A stretch of 64,000 nucleotides of DNA, taken from Paramecium tetraurelia (Eukaryota). The translations under genes and the position numbers were made by a program. Every line of letters starts with the position of its first letter. The first letter of the stretch is position 1. The notes beneath the pieces are model-generated. The model was not told the DNA's origin and searched no databases. It saw only the letters and a list, made by a program, of their open reading frames with translations. The stretch covers positions 1-64,000 of the forward strand of contig CT868004.1 of assembly GCA_000165425.1 (NCBI GenBank). The letters run 5' to 3'. Below, in pieces: positions 15,071 to 26,708 of the stretch.

Positions 15071-17217
15071 TTCCATTCCTGAAACCATACCCGCTATAAA
15101 AAGTAGAATAATTTTGTAATTTTAAAGAGATTCATTTTTTCTCAAGTTTGGGACCAACCGGATTTTGCTCATTGCAACTTTTGATAGTTTAATTTATCCT
15201 AATACCATTGATTCTAGCGCTCATATTTATATTCATATAATATGAAAAAATATAGAATTTTAAAAAGAATACAAATTTAATTCATAAATTTTAAATTTCA
15301 ATTAAATCTTCAAATCCATTCAATGAATTAACCAAAATTAATTATTAAATATATCTATCTAATTAGAATGCCTATAATTGTAGTGATTTTCTTTAAGAGA
15401 TTTAAATTTCTGTTTAATACTCAAATCATTTATTTTAAAAGAATAAAGTTAAAGGATTGGATTGTAATATTAGAGAATCAGTATACATTTTATTTAATTC
15501 TGATGCATTTATGGGAAGGACATAATACAGAGAAATGATTCAATTTTTATTATTTTCTATTGAATCAAGTCTAAATATTTATATATAATAAAAATATAAT
15601 AATTTAAAAAAAATTTGATTTTAATTTTTATTGCTAAATCTAACTAGTATTTAAAATGATGAAATATTTTATAGATAGATTTTCACTCAAATTTTATATG
15701 AGAGAAATTCGTCAAAAGGCTTTTGGATTATTTAAATGAAGAGTAATAGATAAAGGAATTGCTAAGTTAGATATTATCACCAAGAGGAATGCGTGAAGAT
15801 AACAAGGAGCTCTTTGAAGTTTTGGCCATAAATAAATTAGATAGGTTATAACAAATAGGAAAAGGGTGTTGATCTACAATCATAAACATATATTAAAGAT
15901 TATCAACAACTATAAGGATTAAAAACTCTTTTTCTTTTTTTTAACAAATTTTTTTAATATATTCTACTTCAATAGTTTTTTTATTTGATTTTTTTTCAAC
16001 AAATCATACTGTAAATTTGCTCAAATTCACAAAGGGACTGAGTTATTGGAATTATAGAATTTAGTAAGAAGTCAAATATTAAGAAGGTATTCATTTAAAT
16101 TCAATTAACCTGAGAAATCACTCTCGCTACTGTGATATTTAAATTGACATAAATAAAAACTGCGAAAATGACATCAAGATTGAGATCTATTTGCAATCTC
16201 ATCAGAATATCAAACTCTATAAATAAATCGATGTCAATTAACTACATATTCATATAATTTTCCTCCTTCAAATAGGACACTAATACTACCATAGATAGGT
16301 TAAGTGACTTTGGAGCATGTTGTTTGGAATTATTTATTTAGTGGCATTATATTTATATAAACTGGAACATGCAATAACTAAGGTGAACAAAATTTACAAT
16401 ACATTTTTCATCACTATCTATTAAGTATTAAGGTTAAAAATAGAGCACTAAGATAAATATCTCACGTAAAACTTACTTAGTAGGAAACATTAATTTTATA
16501 TTGCACAACACCTAGTATTATCCCCTAATAGCTTTATGCTTATCTGAATTTTGATGTTGTTAATAGCAATCACTGCTTTTTCTTTACAAAGCATAAACAA
16601 AATGATGGCTATTCAAAATAGGGGGAACTTCTAATAATCTTTCTTTTTTTAACTCGAAACTATTCATCGAATAATTTTTTCAATGTTGATTTTGATTGTT
16701 CTTTTAATCACAGTCATTTTTCATTTATTGGCCAGTCACAGAGATAAGAGGCAGATGAGTCTAATTTAGGAAATACATTAGCTAAAAGTTAATAAAATAA
16801 TACAGCATCAGTACTTCTAAAACCATTTTTCCTAAAAGTCATCTAATATATTTCTAAAGTATCATGTTAGAAGAAACATTATTAAAATAACAAACATCAA
16901 ATGATAATTTTTCTGAATTTCATCTTTAAAAATTGAAATGAATTTCTATAATTTATAAAATCAATTTTTATTATGCAGTTTATTTAATTCTAAATAAATG
17001 AATCTACAATTGCTACAATTTTCTGGAATAAATTTGAGCAACAATTAATCTTTAAATTCTCAATTAGATCAGTCATATCTTATTCCTTTATCAATTTATC
17101 TAGTTGTCACACAATAAGAAATAATTAAAAATATTTTCTAGTTTATAAAAATTTGTTCAATAATGTATGAAATTTAGTATTAAAATAAATAATCATAATT
17201 TTGTTTTACTAAATAAA

Positions 17218-19088
17218 ATGGGATGTATAATTAATTATAAGGAGTCATTAAATGTCACTATACCGCGATAACCATTATAAGAAGAACCTTATAAAAATAA
17301 TCATTTCAGAAATGCCAAATTGATTTATAATGAATAAGAATACACAGATGAGGTTTTCTAAAGAATCAATATCAATTTATCAAAAGATCCATGTAGATTT
17401 GAAGCATTAAAAAATTATTAATGGAAGAGAATAGCTAAATCAAATATCAATTAGAATTTATGTCGTGTAATTATTTTTATTAAAAATAGGAATTTTAGTA
17501 CTTGTAAATCATAAAGGGAGAGTTGAAAAATGATTAATTTTTAAATGCCTTAAGAATCCTTTCGTTCTATGATGTAACCATACGAAAAATATTTTTAATA
17601 AAACAGATCTAGAGCAATTGCTAATATAGGATAGTTTTAAATTAATAAGGATTCTGGTAAGAAATTGTGATTGATGATTATCTGCCTTTTAATATGAGTG
17701 GTAAACCACTTTTCTCTTTCTATGATGGTGAAGATTATTGGGTTTAGTTGATTGAGAAAGCCTTTTCAAAGATCTATGGTTGTTATGAAAAGTTAGAATA
17801 GGTTGATATGGCGAATGAAATAATAAGAGATATTACAGGAGCGCCATATTTAGTGCTAGATGAGTAAGAGTTCAACCATTAGGTTAGCAACTATGTTAAC
17901 TTGTAAAACGTCTTTTATTTAATGGATGAAAAAAAGGATATATTTTTGATGTAAAGGCATGAAGAGAGTAATTATTTTTTAGATTTACAACGCAAGGTTA
18001 AACTAATTATAAATGATTTTAGTAATTATAAGCTTTTTTTTATCCCTTTTGATGAATACTACATCTAAATTACATAATAAATAGAAATCCCAATTAAAAA
18101 TTAGTAGGTTAAGTAAGTAATATAAATGACGATACAGCAGTAATGTCACGCCTTCATCACTGTGTCTTAACAGGATTTAAAGGTATGCAATCAAAATTAC
18201 TATGCTCAACTTCACATTACAATAGTTGAAGATAATAAAAATAGGAAAAACTTTAAATTTATTCATAGTAAGTATTAGCAAGTGAGGGATTTAACAATTG
18301 AATGCAATTTAGCTATTGGATCATATTTAATTTATATTGAAGCCTTTTGGTAATCATAAACTAACTATAAATTAAATATATAATCATATGGCAATTGTTA
18401 AGTATATTTTACATAGCTGAGTAAGATGAGAGAAAATGAAAAATTAGACTTGTTAAATGAAATAATATATTCCCATTCAAAAAGTTAAAACAAAAGAATA
18501 TATGGTAATGATCAATTATATAGTGTGTAATCGTAGATTGGTAGGTATAAATATATTCTATTTGAAAATAACACTCTAAATTAAACTTTAAAAGTTTTTT
18601 TTAAATTAATGAAACATCTTGTAATTGTTAATTTTCCATATAATGATCAATCAAATTAACTGATACAAGTCCTACCTAATGAAAGGAAATTAGTATCATT
18701 TTAAATTCTCTTGGAAAACGAAGACAAACATAATTTTAGTGTAGAGGAGGAAAATTTTGAAATTTTAGGACCCTTAACAGATTATTAATTAATAGAAAAA
18801 GCAATAAATGAACCCACATCAATCATTTAAAGAAATGAATATATGAAAATATATAATTTGAGATTAGATGATGAGTACGCTTTGGTTTATGTAAATAATT
18901 CTGAATAGAAGTATGTTGAATTAAATAAAGTTAAATTAATAAATTTAAGTTATAAAGGGAACCGAAACCCAGCACCATTTAATGTAGAGGTATTACCAAA
19001 ACAACAAAAGTTGTTACGATTTTATAAACTTGATTCGGCTCAATCATAATATGAATTTGTATCCAATTAATAATTTAGATTTGAGTGA
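17218..19088 (+). CDS. Calpain-like protein (CysPc N-terminal half plus calpain domain III-like region), predicted catalytically inactive, ~615 aa
   Basis: ATG 17218 (MGC...), one 23-nt intron 17467-17489, TGA 19086-19088. Calpain motifs WKRI, GFWQEIVIDDYLP, WVQLIEKAFSKIYGCYEKL and DITGAP, followed by the domain III-like AFITVSQQD...GSYLIYIEAFW. Confidence 0.85.
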
Positions 19089-19649
19089 TTATTAAGATTT
19101 TTCAATAGAATTTAATTGCTGTTATGACTATTGCATTTGTTGTTTTTGCACCTAGCATCTATACAGGCAGATGGGATAATGATTTTAATTGTTTGATACA
19201 AATCTTAGCTTTTCACTCCAAACTACTTCAGAGATATAAGGAAGCCATTTTCTCCTTTTCAAAAACGATTCGAAATTCTTAATGAAACTTGAATTTATTA
19301 TAAATTATGTAATTTATAATCAAGATAAAATAGTTATGCTACTTCAAAAAAGTCTTTATAGAAAAAAAAACTTTGATGCAATAATAAAATTTGAAAAAAA
19401 TACTGCATTAATCTAAACTTTGGAAGAAACAATATTTTTAAATAGATTTTTATTTTTGATATATCTTTTTTATTATTCATCAATACATGCACTATAAAGA
19501 TATTATCTACAAGTACTTAAGAGGATGCAATTTCAACTAATAAATATAAATATTCGCAAAATTTCCCTTTAAAAAATGACTTTGAAGTTTGGAAGGAAAT
19601 CATTTACATTTTATTTACGTATTTTTGTTTATTTTTAATAATTGATCAT

Positions 19650-20252
19650 GCTCAAATTTATCCAAGGTATAATAATCTACTACATTATGGATTAGCCTCA
19701 ATAAATTTATCTAAATTTTCTTATGCACTAAAAAGTTACAATTTTCTTACTTTTGTTCCTCTAAGTGGACTTTGGCAATTAGTTTTAAGCATTCCGCTTC
19801 ATCTTGTGGAAATGCTCCAGCACTTTTTTCCAGTACTCTAGGAATTGACAATTATACATACTTTAATTTTCTTAAAACTTCAATTCTGTCCAATTAGTAG
19901 ATAATTTAATGTGGATCCACTTGTGTATTATCTATTGAGATTTGATGCAATCATACTTAGCCCATTTCTTTAGAATTTAGAAATCACATTAAATTCCATT
20001 TTTTAGAATTCATCTAATGTAGATCTAGTAATATTTTAGAGATTTTAATCTTTTTTGGCGTAGCTAATCCATTATAATGCTAATACTGTAAGTAGGATTG
20101 ATGTTTGGTGTGATTCTGTACTAGGGCTTCATTTCTCGTCGTACATGTGTATGGTAAGAATTTAGCCTCAACATTAAAAATTCTAAGAATTTCGATTTCA
20201 GTTACCTATGTATGGAATTGAAAGCCGAAAACAATCTGTTTCTTATGGCCAT
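19650..20252 (-). pseudogene. Frameshifted remnant of a small intron-containing gene, possibly mitochondrial
   Basis: ATG 20252 begins MAIRNRLFSAFNSIHR (presequence-like). Two canonical-looking tiny introns remain, but the exons (e.g. VLEKSAGAFPQDEAECLKLIAKVHLEEQK) cannot be joined without frameshifts or TGA. The 3' end is approximate. Confidence 0.4.
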
Positions 20253-21016
20253 TTTTACTTTTAATAATATGATATATATATTATTTTTCAATCTCATTTG
20301 TAATACTTCAATGATACTTAAACAAAAAAAACTTTAAACTAAATGAAAAATATATTTAGCGGTTAACATACAGTAAATTAACAATGCTATAATTTGAGAG
20401 AAAAACCACGAATCTTCTATTTTAAATAATTTATATTTCTCTCAATAATTACTTTATTTTCAATAACGAATGAGATTAAGATTATAAATAAGTTTGTTCT
20501 TATTAAGATTCAACAGAAATGCAAAATACTTAATTAATATTAATCTAATACTAACATTTGCAACTGGTAATTATACCAATTTAAATATTTGAAGCTAATC
20601 TAGTAAAAAATCTTAAATAATGCCTTACAAATAAGAGATTACGGATGGAGCAAATTGAATCTAATAATATATCTGAAGAACATTTTACATTGTTAGACAC
20701 ATTTTATTGAAAATAAATATGCTTTTAATACTAACGAAGGTTACATTTTAATCTAATTGATTATTCATATTAAGTTTAGACTTCAAAATAGTATTCATAT
20801 TATTTACAGATATTATTTGCATCAGATGCAGTCAGCAATAAAATATGTGATATTTAAATAATTAAAATATTCTTATGAATTTACACAGGAGAGAAATTGA
20901 ACATAATATGTCATTTGCAATATCTTAATTTGAGTTTTATATTTTTTATTACAGTGAGAAAGTGAGAAGAATTAAAAAAACCTTATTTTTTATATCTATG
21001 AATGTAATTAATAAAT

Positions 21017-24000
21017 TCACAAATTGGTTCGTTTAACTTTCTTGAGATTTTAAAATAATTTATGGACAAATTTATCTGTAAGGATAATTTCAATAATCTA
21101 ATCTATGGCTTTTAAATTTAACTTGAATCTTTCATAATGATTTGATTGATAATATCCTATGTAAGGTATTTCTCCTATTAAATTTTTATATAAGGGATTA
21201 ACGTTAATAGTGATGTATGGTGATTGCATGATGATAATTTAACTATTATTTAAGTTAAGATACAAAGTTTTACCTAAATGCCTTTTATAACAATGTCTGG
21301 ACAAATTTCCAATTTTTTTCTACATAAAGACGAAATATTTACTTTTTATGGTCTTCCACAATAATGAGCGCACATCTTCTTCAGACAAATTAAACAAAGG
21401 TATTGATTCTGCTCCTGATTCTCCATTCTCCACAATGGCAAAAATTGACATTATTTTTTTTGGCAAGGTGATAGATAATACCTTAATAAAAAATCTTTGA
21501 AGTTCAATTGAAATTGGTTTATATAAAATTATTTTTAGTCCTTACTTATTCTTTCTAGATCATATGGCAGTGATTGTTAATCAATTTATGAAATGACACA
21601 GTTTTCAGTCAAAGCTTGAATTATTGCAGATTGATTAGTGTTTTTATCAAATATTTATCGCAATCCTGATTTAAAATCATTAATATTATTTTACTTTATC
21701 ATATATTACACTATTATATTTAAGATTCTAAAAAGGATCTGTTAATCATTTTGAACTACTTCTTCTAAAACAGTAGTTTAATTGTTTTAAAACAGTATTC
21801 TTAATAGAGCCAAGACATCTTATAATAATAAATGGGTGGTTTTCAATGTAAATTTGTTTAAATCACTCAGCAATTAAAATAATAAGTTGCAAAGAACTTG
21901 TGAAAAAATTTCATCCAGAAGTTTTGGAATTTCTAATCCTCCTCCTTCAACCTCAAATCTTTTATAATATTCCATCATTTTTTTATCTGTAAGGGTACAT
22001 AAAAAGAAGTCCAAATTTTCATTAAGAATCTTATCAGTTGCACTTGTAATATGAATTGGACTTACAAATGGAAAGTTATATGGAGATAAGCAAATTGGAC
22101 ATCTCAAATATTAAAACTCACCTATGGTATATTTTTATTCATTCTAGAATAAGCATTATTTATGAAAAGTGTGTTAACAGCTTGATGCTACAATTTAGAA
22201 AATGTCTATTTATTAGTTTTGTTGCATTTGTTAAGGCATCGTTTTAATGTGTTTATTAACATTGTTATAAGAAATCAATATAGCCCTATATTAAATTTCT
22301 TCTTTTTCAAATTGCAATTAACATAAAGAGCAATTGTCGCTACTCATTTAAGTTGGAGTCTCTAAAATTTGATTACTAAATGCTGATCCCATATTTTCAA
22401 ATTTTTTCTAGAACTTTTTCTTTGATATTTGTGATCTACAGGCTCTTTAAGCATCACTTTCAACTTATAAGGGATATTAACTCAAGGTTTCGTCAAGTTA
22501 TCTGGCAAATATTTCATAGATACTGTTTGATGTTTAAGTTAAATTAACATCTTATAGGATTTAAAAGCAGATCGAAGAAATAGTAATCAAATAATCTTAG
22601 AGATTCTTATTTTAATTTTTAAAATGTTTATTACATAAATAAACTAAGTTAATGTATACAGAATAATCCTCCAATAATTAAGAAATATTTTTAACTAGTC
22701 CCAACTCCTGTTAACCTTATATTTATTCTATAATATTTTGGAGTACTTTTTATTCTTAGTCTAAAACAATAGCTTTAAGTATGGCTAGCCTCTTATATGT
22801 TAAAGTTGATTTATGTTCGTTTAATTGGGCTAATTCATTAGCTAGAGAAGTTCCAAATAACTCAGATTATTTGTCATTTTATGTTTTCAATTTGTCTGTT
22901 ATTTATTCTTTTAGTTCTAATACCAATGAAGCAAAAATGGGTTCATATTAAACAGGTAAAAGCTATCTTTTTAATTACAACTATTCATTATCCTAATTTA
23001 ATTCACAAGAGCTTAAAATAATATTTTATAAATCCAAACTGCTATCATAACTAAACTTTTTAAGAAGTTCTCGAAGATCATTCTCTTGGTAAAATGACTA
23101 AGCGAAAAAGATTGTTTGGAACAATTTGTTTAAGCCTTTTTAAAATTCTTTTGGTAGTTCATTTCCAAACATGTCTCCTACGCATTAAATCAGATCATAA
23201 TCTGTTTAAGCAATCCTACATATAAGAAATTAAGGATCTGATTTGTAATCGAAGAAATTTGCAATTTCTTTATAACTGGAGACAATATCATTAATTCCCA
23301 GAGGGCCAAATAAAAAGGCATATAGTTAAATGTAAGCTACATCTACTTGTTCAAGTGAGACCTCTTTTAGTTTCATTTGTTCCTTATACAACTTCACTTA
23401 ACCCTTATATAATTATGGATTTCCATTCTTTAACAGTATAATGTGATTAAGTAAAGTTCTTTTTAACAGGCTCAACAGAATTTATCTAAATTTCTCTGGG
23501 GTTAGGTTACTAGTCTTTAATAAATCTTCATAGGCCTCTTGTGGGTCATTAAAATCCATCAAAAATAATGAAAGTAAAGTTATAAAGTTCCTATCACAAA
23601 TAACTATATTTTATAAGTAATTTTTTAATGTGGATTCTGCTTTTAATTAAAAAGATGTAACGTAGTTATTTAAAAAATAGTTAATTGACAATCTAAAAAT
23701 GTTTTATAACCCAACCATATTTTATCTATTCGAATCTTTCCAAGTTTCAACTATAACTGACAATAACCTTCGATATCCTTAAAGCAGAAATATTTGAATA
23801 ATCTCTGAGATCTGGAATTTACTTTATTCTTATGGCTTGAGGAAATGAAAGGTACTTGTCTCAGTTTATCGACAAGGATATATTTTGTTTAAAGTGTGTA
23901 TTAACAAGGAGTTATTTTAAAGTTCTTTGAATTTAAGATGATTGGGGTATATTGGAGTGAAATTAAATCTTTCCTCTTCATATGTGAGAATCTCTGAAAT

Positions 24001-25435
24001 TTATTCAAATAGCCTCTTAACGACATCATCATAAAACTATGTTAGAATCATGTCATCAAATTATGAGCAGAAAATCTGCGTTTCTTAGTTGCATAAAGGT
24101 CTAAATTAGCAAATTAATAAATTACAATTATAGCAGTTGATTTGAGAAAATATCAAACAAAGAATAAACCTATGGTGATTTAAATTCCTTATATAAGCCT
24201 AAAAGACTTATAACGACGTGCCCCATAAATTGATAGAAATATCCAAATAAAGAAGCCCTTTCTACTTTATTTTTACAAAAGATTTTCAGTATTTTTTAAT
24301 CTTAAAGCACCTTTGGAAGAATCTCATTTAATTTTGAATGTGCAGAGTAATTTATTGTATTGATTTCAAACTTTATTTTTTAATTATCAGCTGTTATTAA
24401 TCTGTAAACTTAAGTTGGATTATACAAGTGATTATAGTGGATTAAGATTTCTTTGCATAAATTAGGTTTGAAATTTTCATCAACATGCAATTCATAAAAT
24501 AACTCTGAAATGAAATTTGTTTCATCATGAAGAAATCGTGAAAAAAACACATTATGTTTGACAAATAAATTTAAGATAGTACATTAGCAAATTTATTATT
24601 GCTTTTCTAATTTAAAGTTTGCAAATGGATCCTTGGAATGGGCATGATATAGTTTTATGAATTATTAAATCTTTTAATCGATAGGTATTTAAATAAATTT
24701 GCTTGTTGTATAACTCCAAGGGATGTTATTTAAGGTTAAATATTTAAGGACTTTGAAAATAAGTGTATACAATTTTTAGCCTTCTTTGAGGGCTTTTTCA
24801 TGTAATAGGAACTCGGACATATTCTCATTCATAATATTTACAGAATTTTCGATTTTCAAAATTTAAATAGCATCCTAGATCTAATTCATCGTTTTATTGT
24901 TATAATCAGCAATTTTCTAGGTTTGCTCAAACAACAGTGCAAATGACACCATAATAAAATATCTAAATCTCTCTACCAAATTCTCTATTTAGATTAAATA
25001 ATTTAGTACCTCCCAATAATTATTCAGGAATTGGTGTTTCTATTTGTGATTACGAATGTTGATTACAAAAGGACCTCTTCTTCATCACCAATGTATCTCC
25101 ACAATCGCAACATCCCCCATTTGAGTAATGATATGTCACAACATGATCTAATGTAAAATAATAATAATACTCTAATGCCTTTGTGGAGTGTAACATTATT
25201 AGCAATACACATGAGTAGGCTCTTTACTGCAATCAAAACATTTGTAAAATAAAGCATTTTTAGGAAGAGGAGCAGAACAAACACTTTTACATCCTGTCCC
25301 TTTTAATTTGATAATCCTATCTTCAAATTCCTAATTGGTCAGATTTAGGACCTATTGTACTATTTCGAAATCTTATTATTTCTGTTGAGAGTTGGCTGTG
25401 TTCAAAATTAAGTCAATCAACTTTTAAATATCCAT
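21017..25435 (-). CDS. UBR1: UBR1/UBR2/PRT6-type N-recognin E3 ubiquitin ligase
   Basis: N-terminal UBR-box zinc finger (CSAPLPKNALFYKCFDCSKEPTHVYCQQC...H..H...GGCCDCGD...FCNQH), RING-H2 (CSLC...SCQHTFH..C...CPIC, about 22090-22340) and a C-terminal Cys/His domain (CLICLKKMC...GNLSRHC..H.G). Tiny introns; TGA at 21017-21019. Confidence 0.9.
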
Positions 25436-25517
25436 TTAGATATTATTTTTTATTTATATATTTATATTAAATGTTATAATTAATTTTACATACCACTATT
25501 TTTATATTATTTATATA

Positions 25518-26650
25518 ATGATTGTTTATGAAATTAAATTTCTCTCGTATTAAAGCAAGGATCTTAATTTGATATAGAAAAATTATAATTATTTTACAGG
25601 TATATTTAAAGCATTATTGTATTTAGGAATTTAATAATTAGCATGAAAGTCTTTTCTTGAGATGAATCAATTATTAATTCTCTTATATAGCATTTAATTT
25701 ATGAGGTATTCATCTATTTTAATCTAAATAATAATATTCAGCATTTTATATTAGTAAAGAATGATTTTTTTTCATAATTAAAGATAGAAAAACAAGTTTG
25801 AGTCAATTTTTTTTTATAATTTTACTGCTCTTTGATCATATTTCAAAAATATTCTTGAAGAAATTATTGTTTCTGTTAGATCATAATTTTTATATCAATT
25901 AAAAATCCTAGAAAAAGTAAAATGAATCCTAGTAAAATAATTTTAATCATCCACTCTAAATTGATAAATTAAATAAAATAAATTAGTAATTCATAGTTTT
26001 TGTTTGAGTGATTTGTTAGTAATACGAGAACTAGATCAGTAAGATTGATTAGAAAATTGAGTAGGCTTTTCTTAGACTGGATCCAAATTTTTCAAATAGT
26101 GCTATTTCTTTTATAAATTTGTAATAAAAAAAAATGTGAATAGCTTTTAGATTTAAACCAAGATATATTAACTTTCCTAGTTGAATATATTCTAAAGTGT
26201 TAATGTTAAAATGTACTTCATTAAGAATTTGAAAGAATCAAAAATTAATTGATGTTTTGTTTTGATGAAACATCAAATTTGATTGAGATGAATATACCAT
26301 CAAAATTGAATTAAAATGTATTTGCAAAAATAATACTATAATACTTAGAGTAATTTCGATAATTCGGTTTTGAATTAACTAATATAAAATGAATATAAAT
26401 AAGTTAGAATACTTTCATAATGTTAACTCTTATTTCATACAAATTTAATATTAAATAAACTAATTGCCTAATTTAAGTAAGTGCAAGAATTGCAATAATC
26501 AATTATCAAGTAATTTTTCAGAATGGAACACTCTTGGTTTTCAATAGTACAAAATCTAATATTATCATTGGTACTCTTTAAGCTGTGAGTGTGTGAATTC
26601 TAAAAATTATTGAAGCCCATCATACTATTTAGATTTTGAGAGGAGACTTT
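25518..26650 (+). pseudogene. Probable degenerate gene remnant
   Basis: ATG plus a plausible tiny intron, then an early TGA. Later fragments (QCQNVLHQEFERIKNQLMFCFDE; CKNCNNQL) lie in different frames. Confidence 0.25.
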
Positions 26651-26708
26651 GATTATTTTAATATACATAGTGTTATTCATTTTACAATTTATTTAAATTA
26701 GTTAAAAT

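Noticed and set aside
15650..16930. Possible kinase relic (GGKLYEYV on the minus strand near 16260)
   Set aside because: A single short motif with no HRD, DFG or APE remnants nearby is insufficient support.
20343..20900. ~185-codon open frame on + (MKNIFSGQ...)
   Set aside because: Composition is I/K/N/Y/F-rich like translated non-coding DNA, with no motifs. Long chance ORFs are common when TGA is the only stop.
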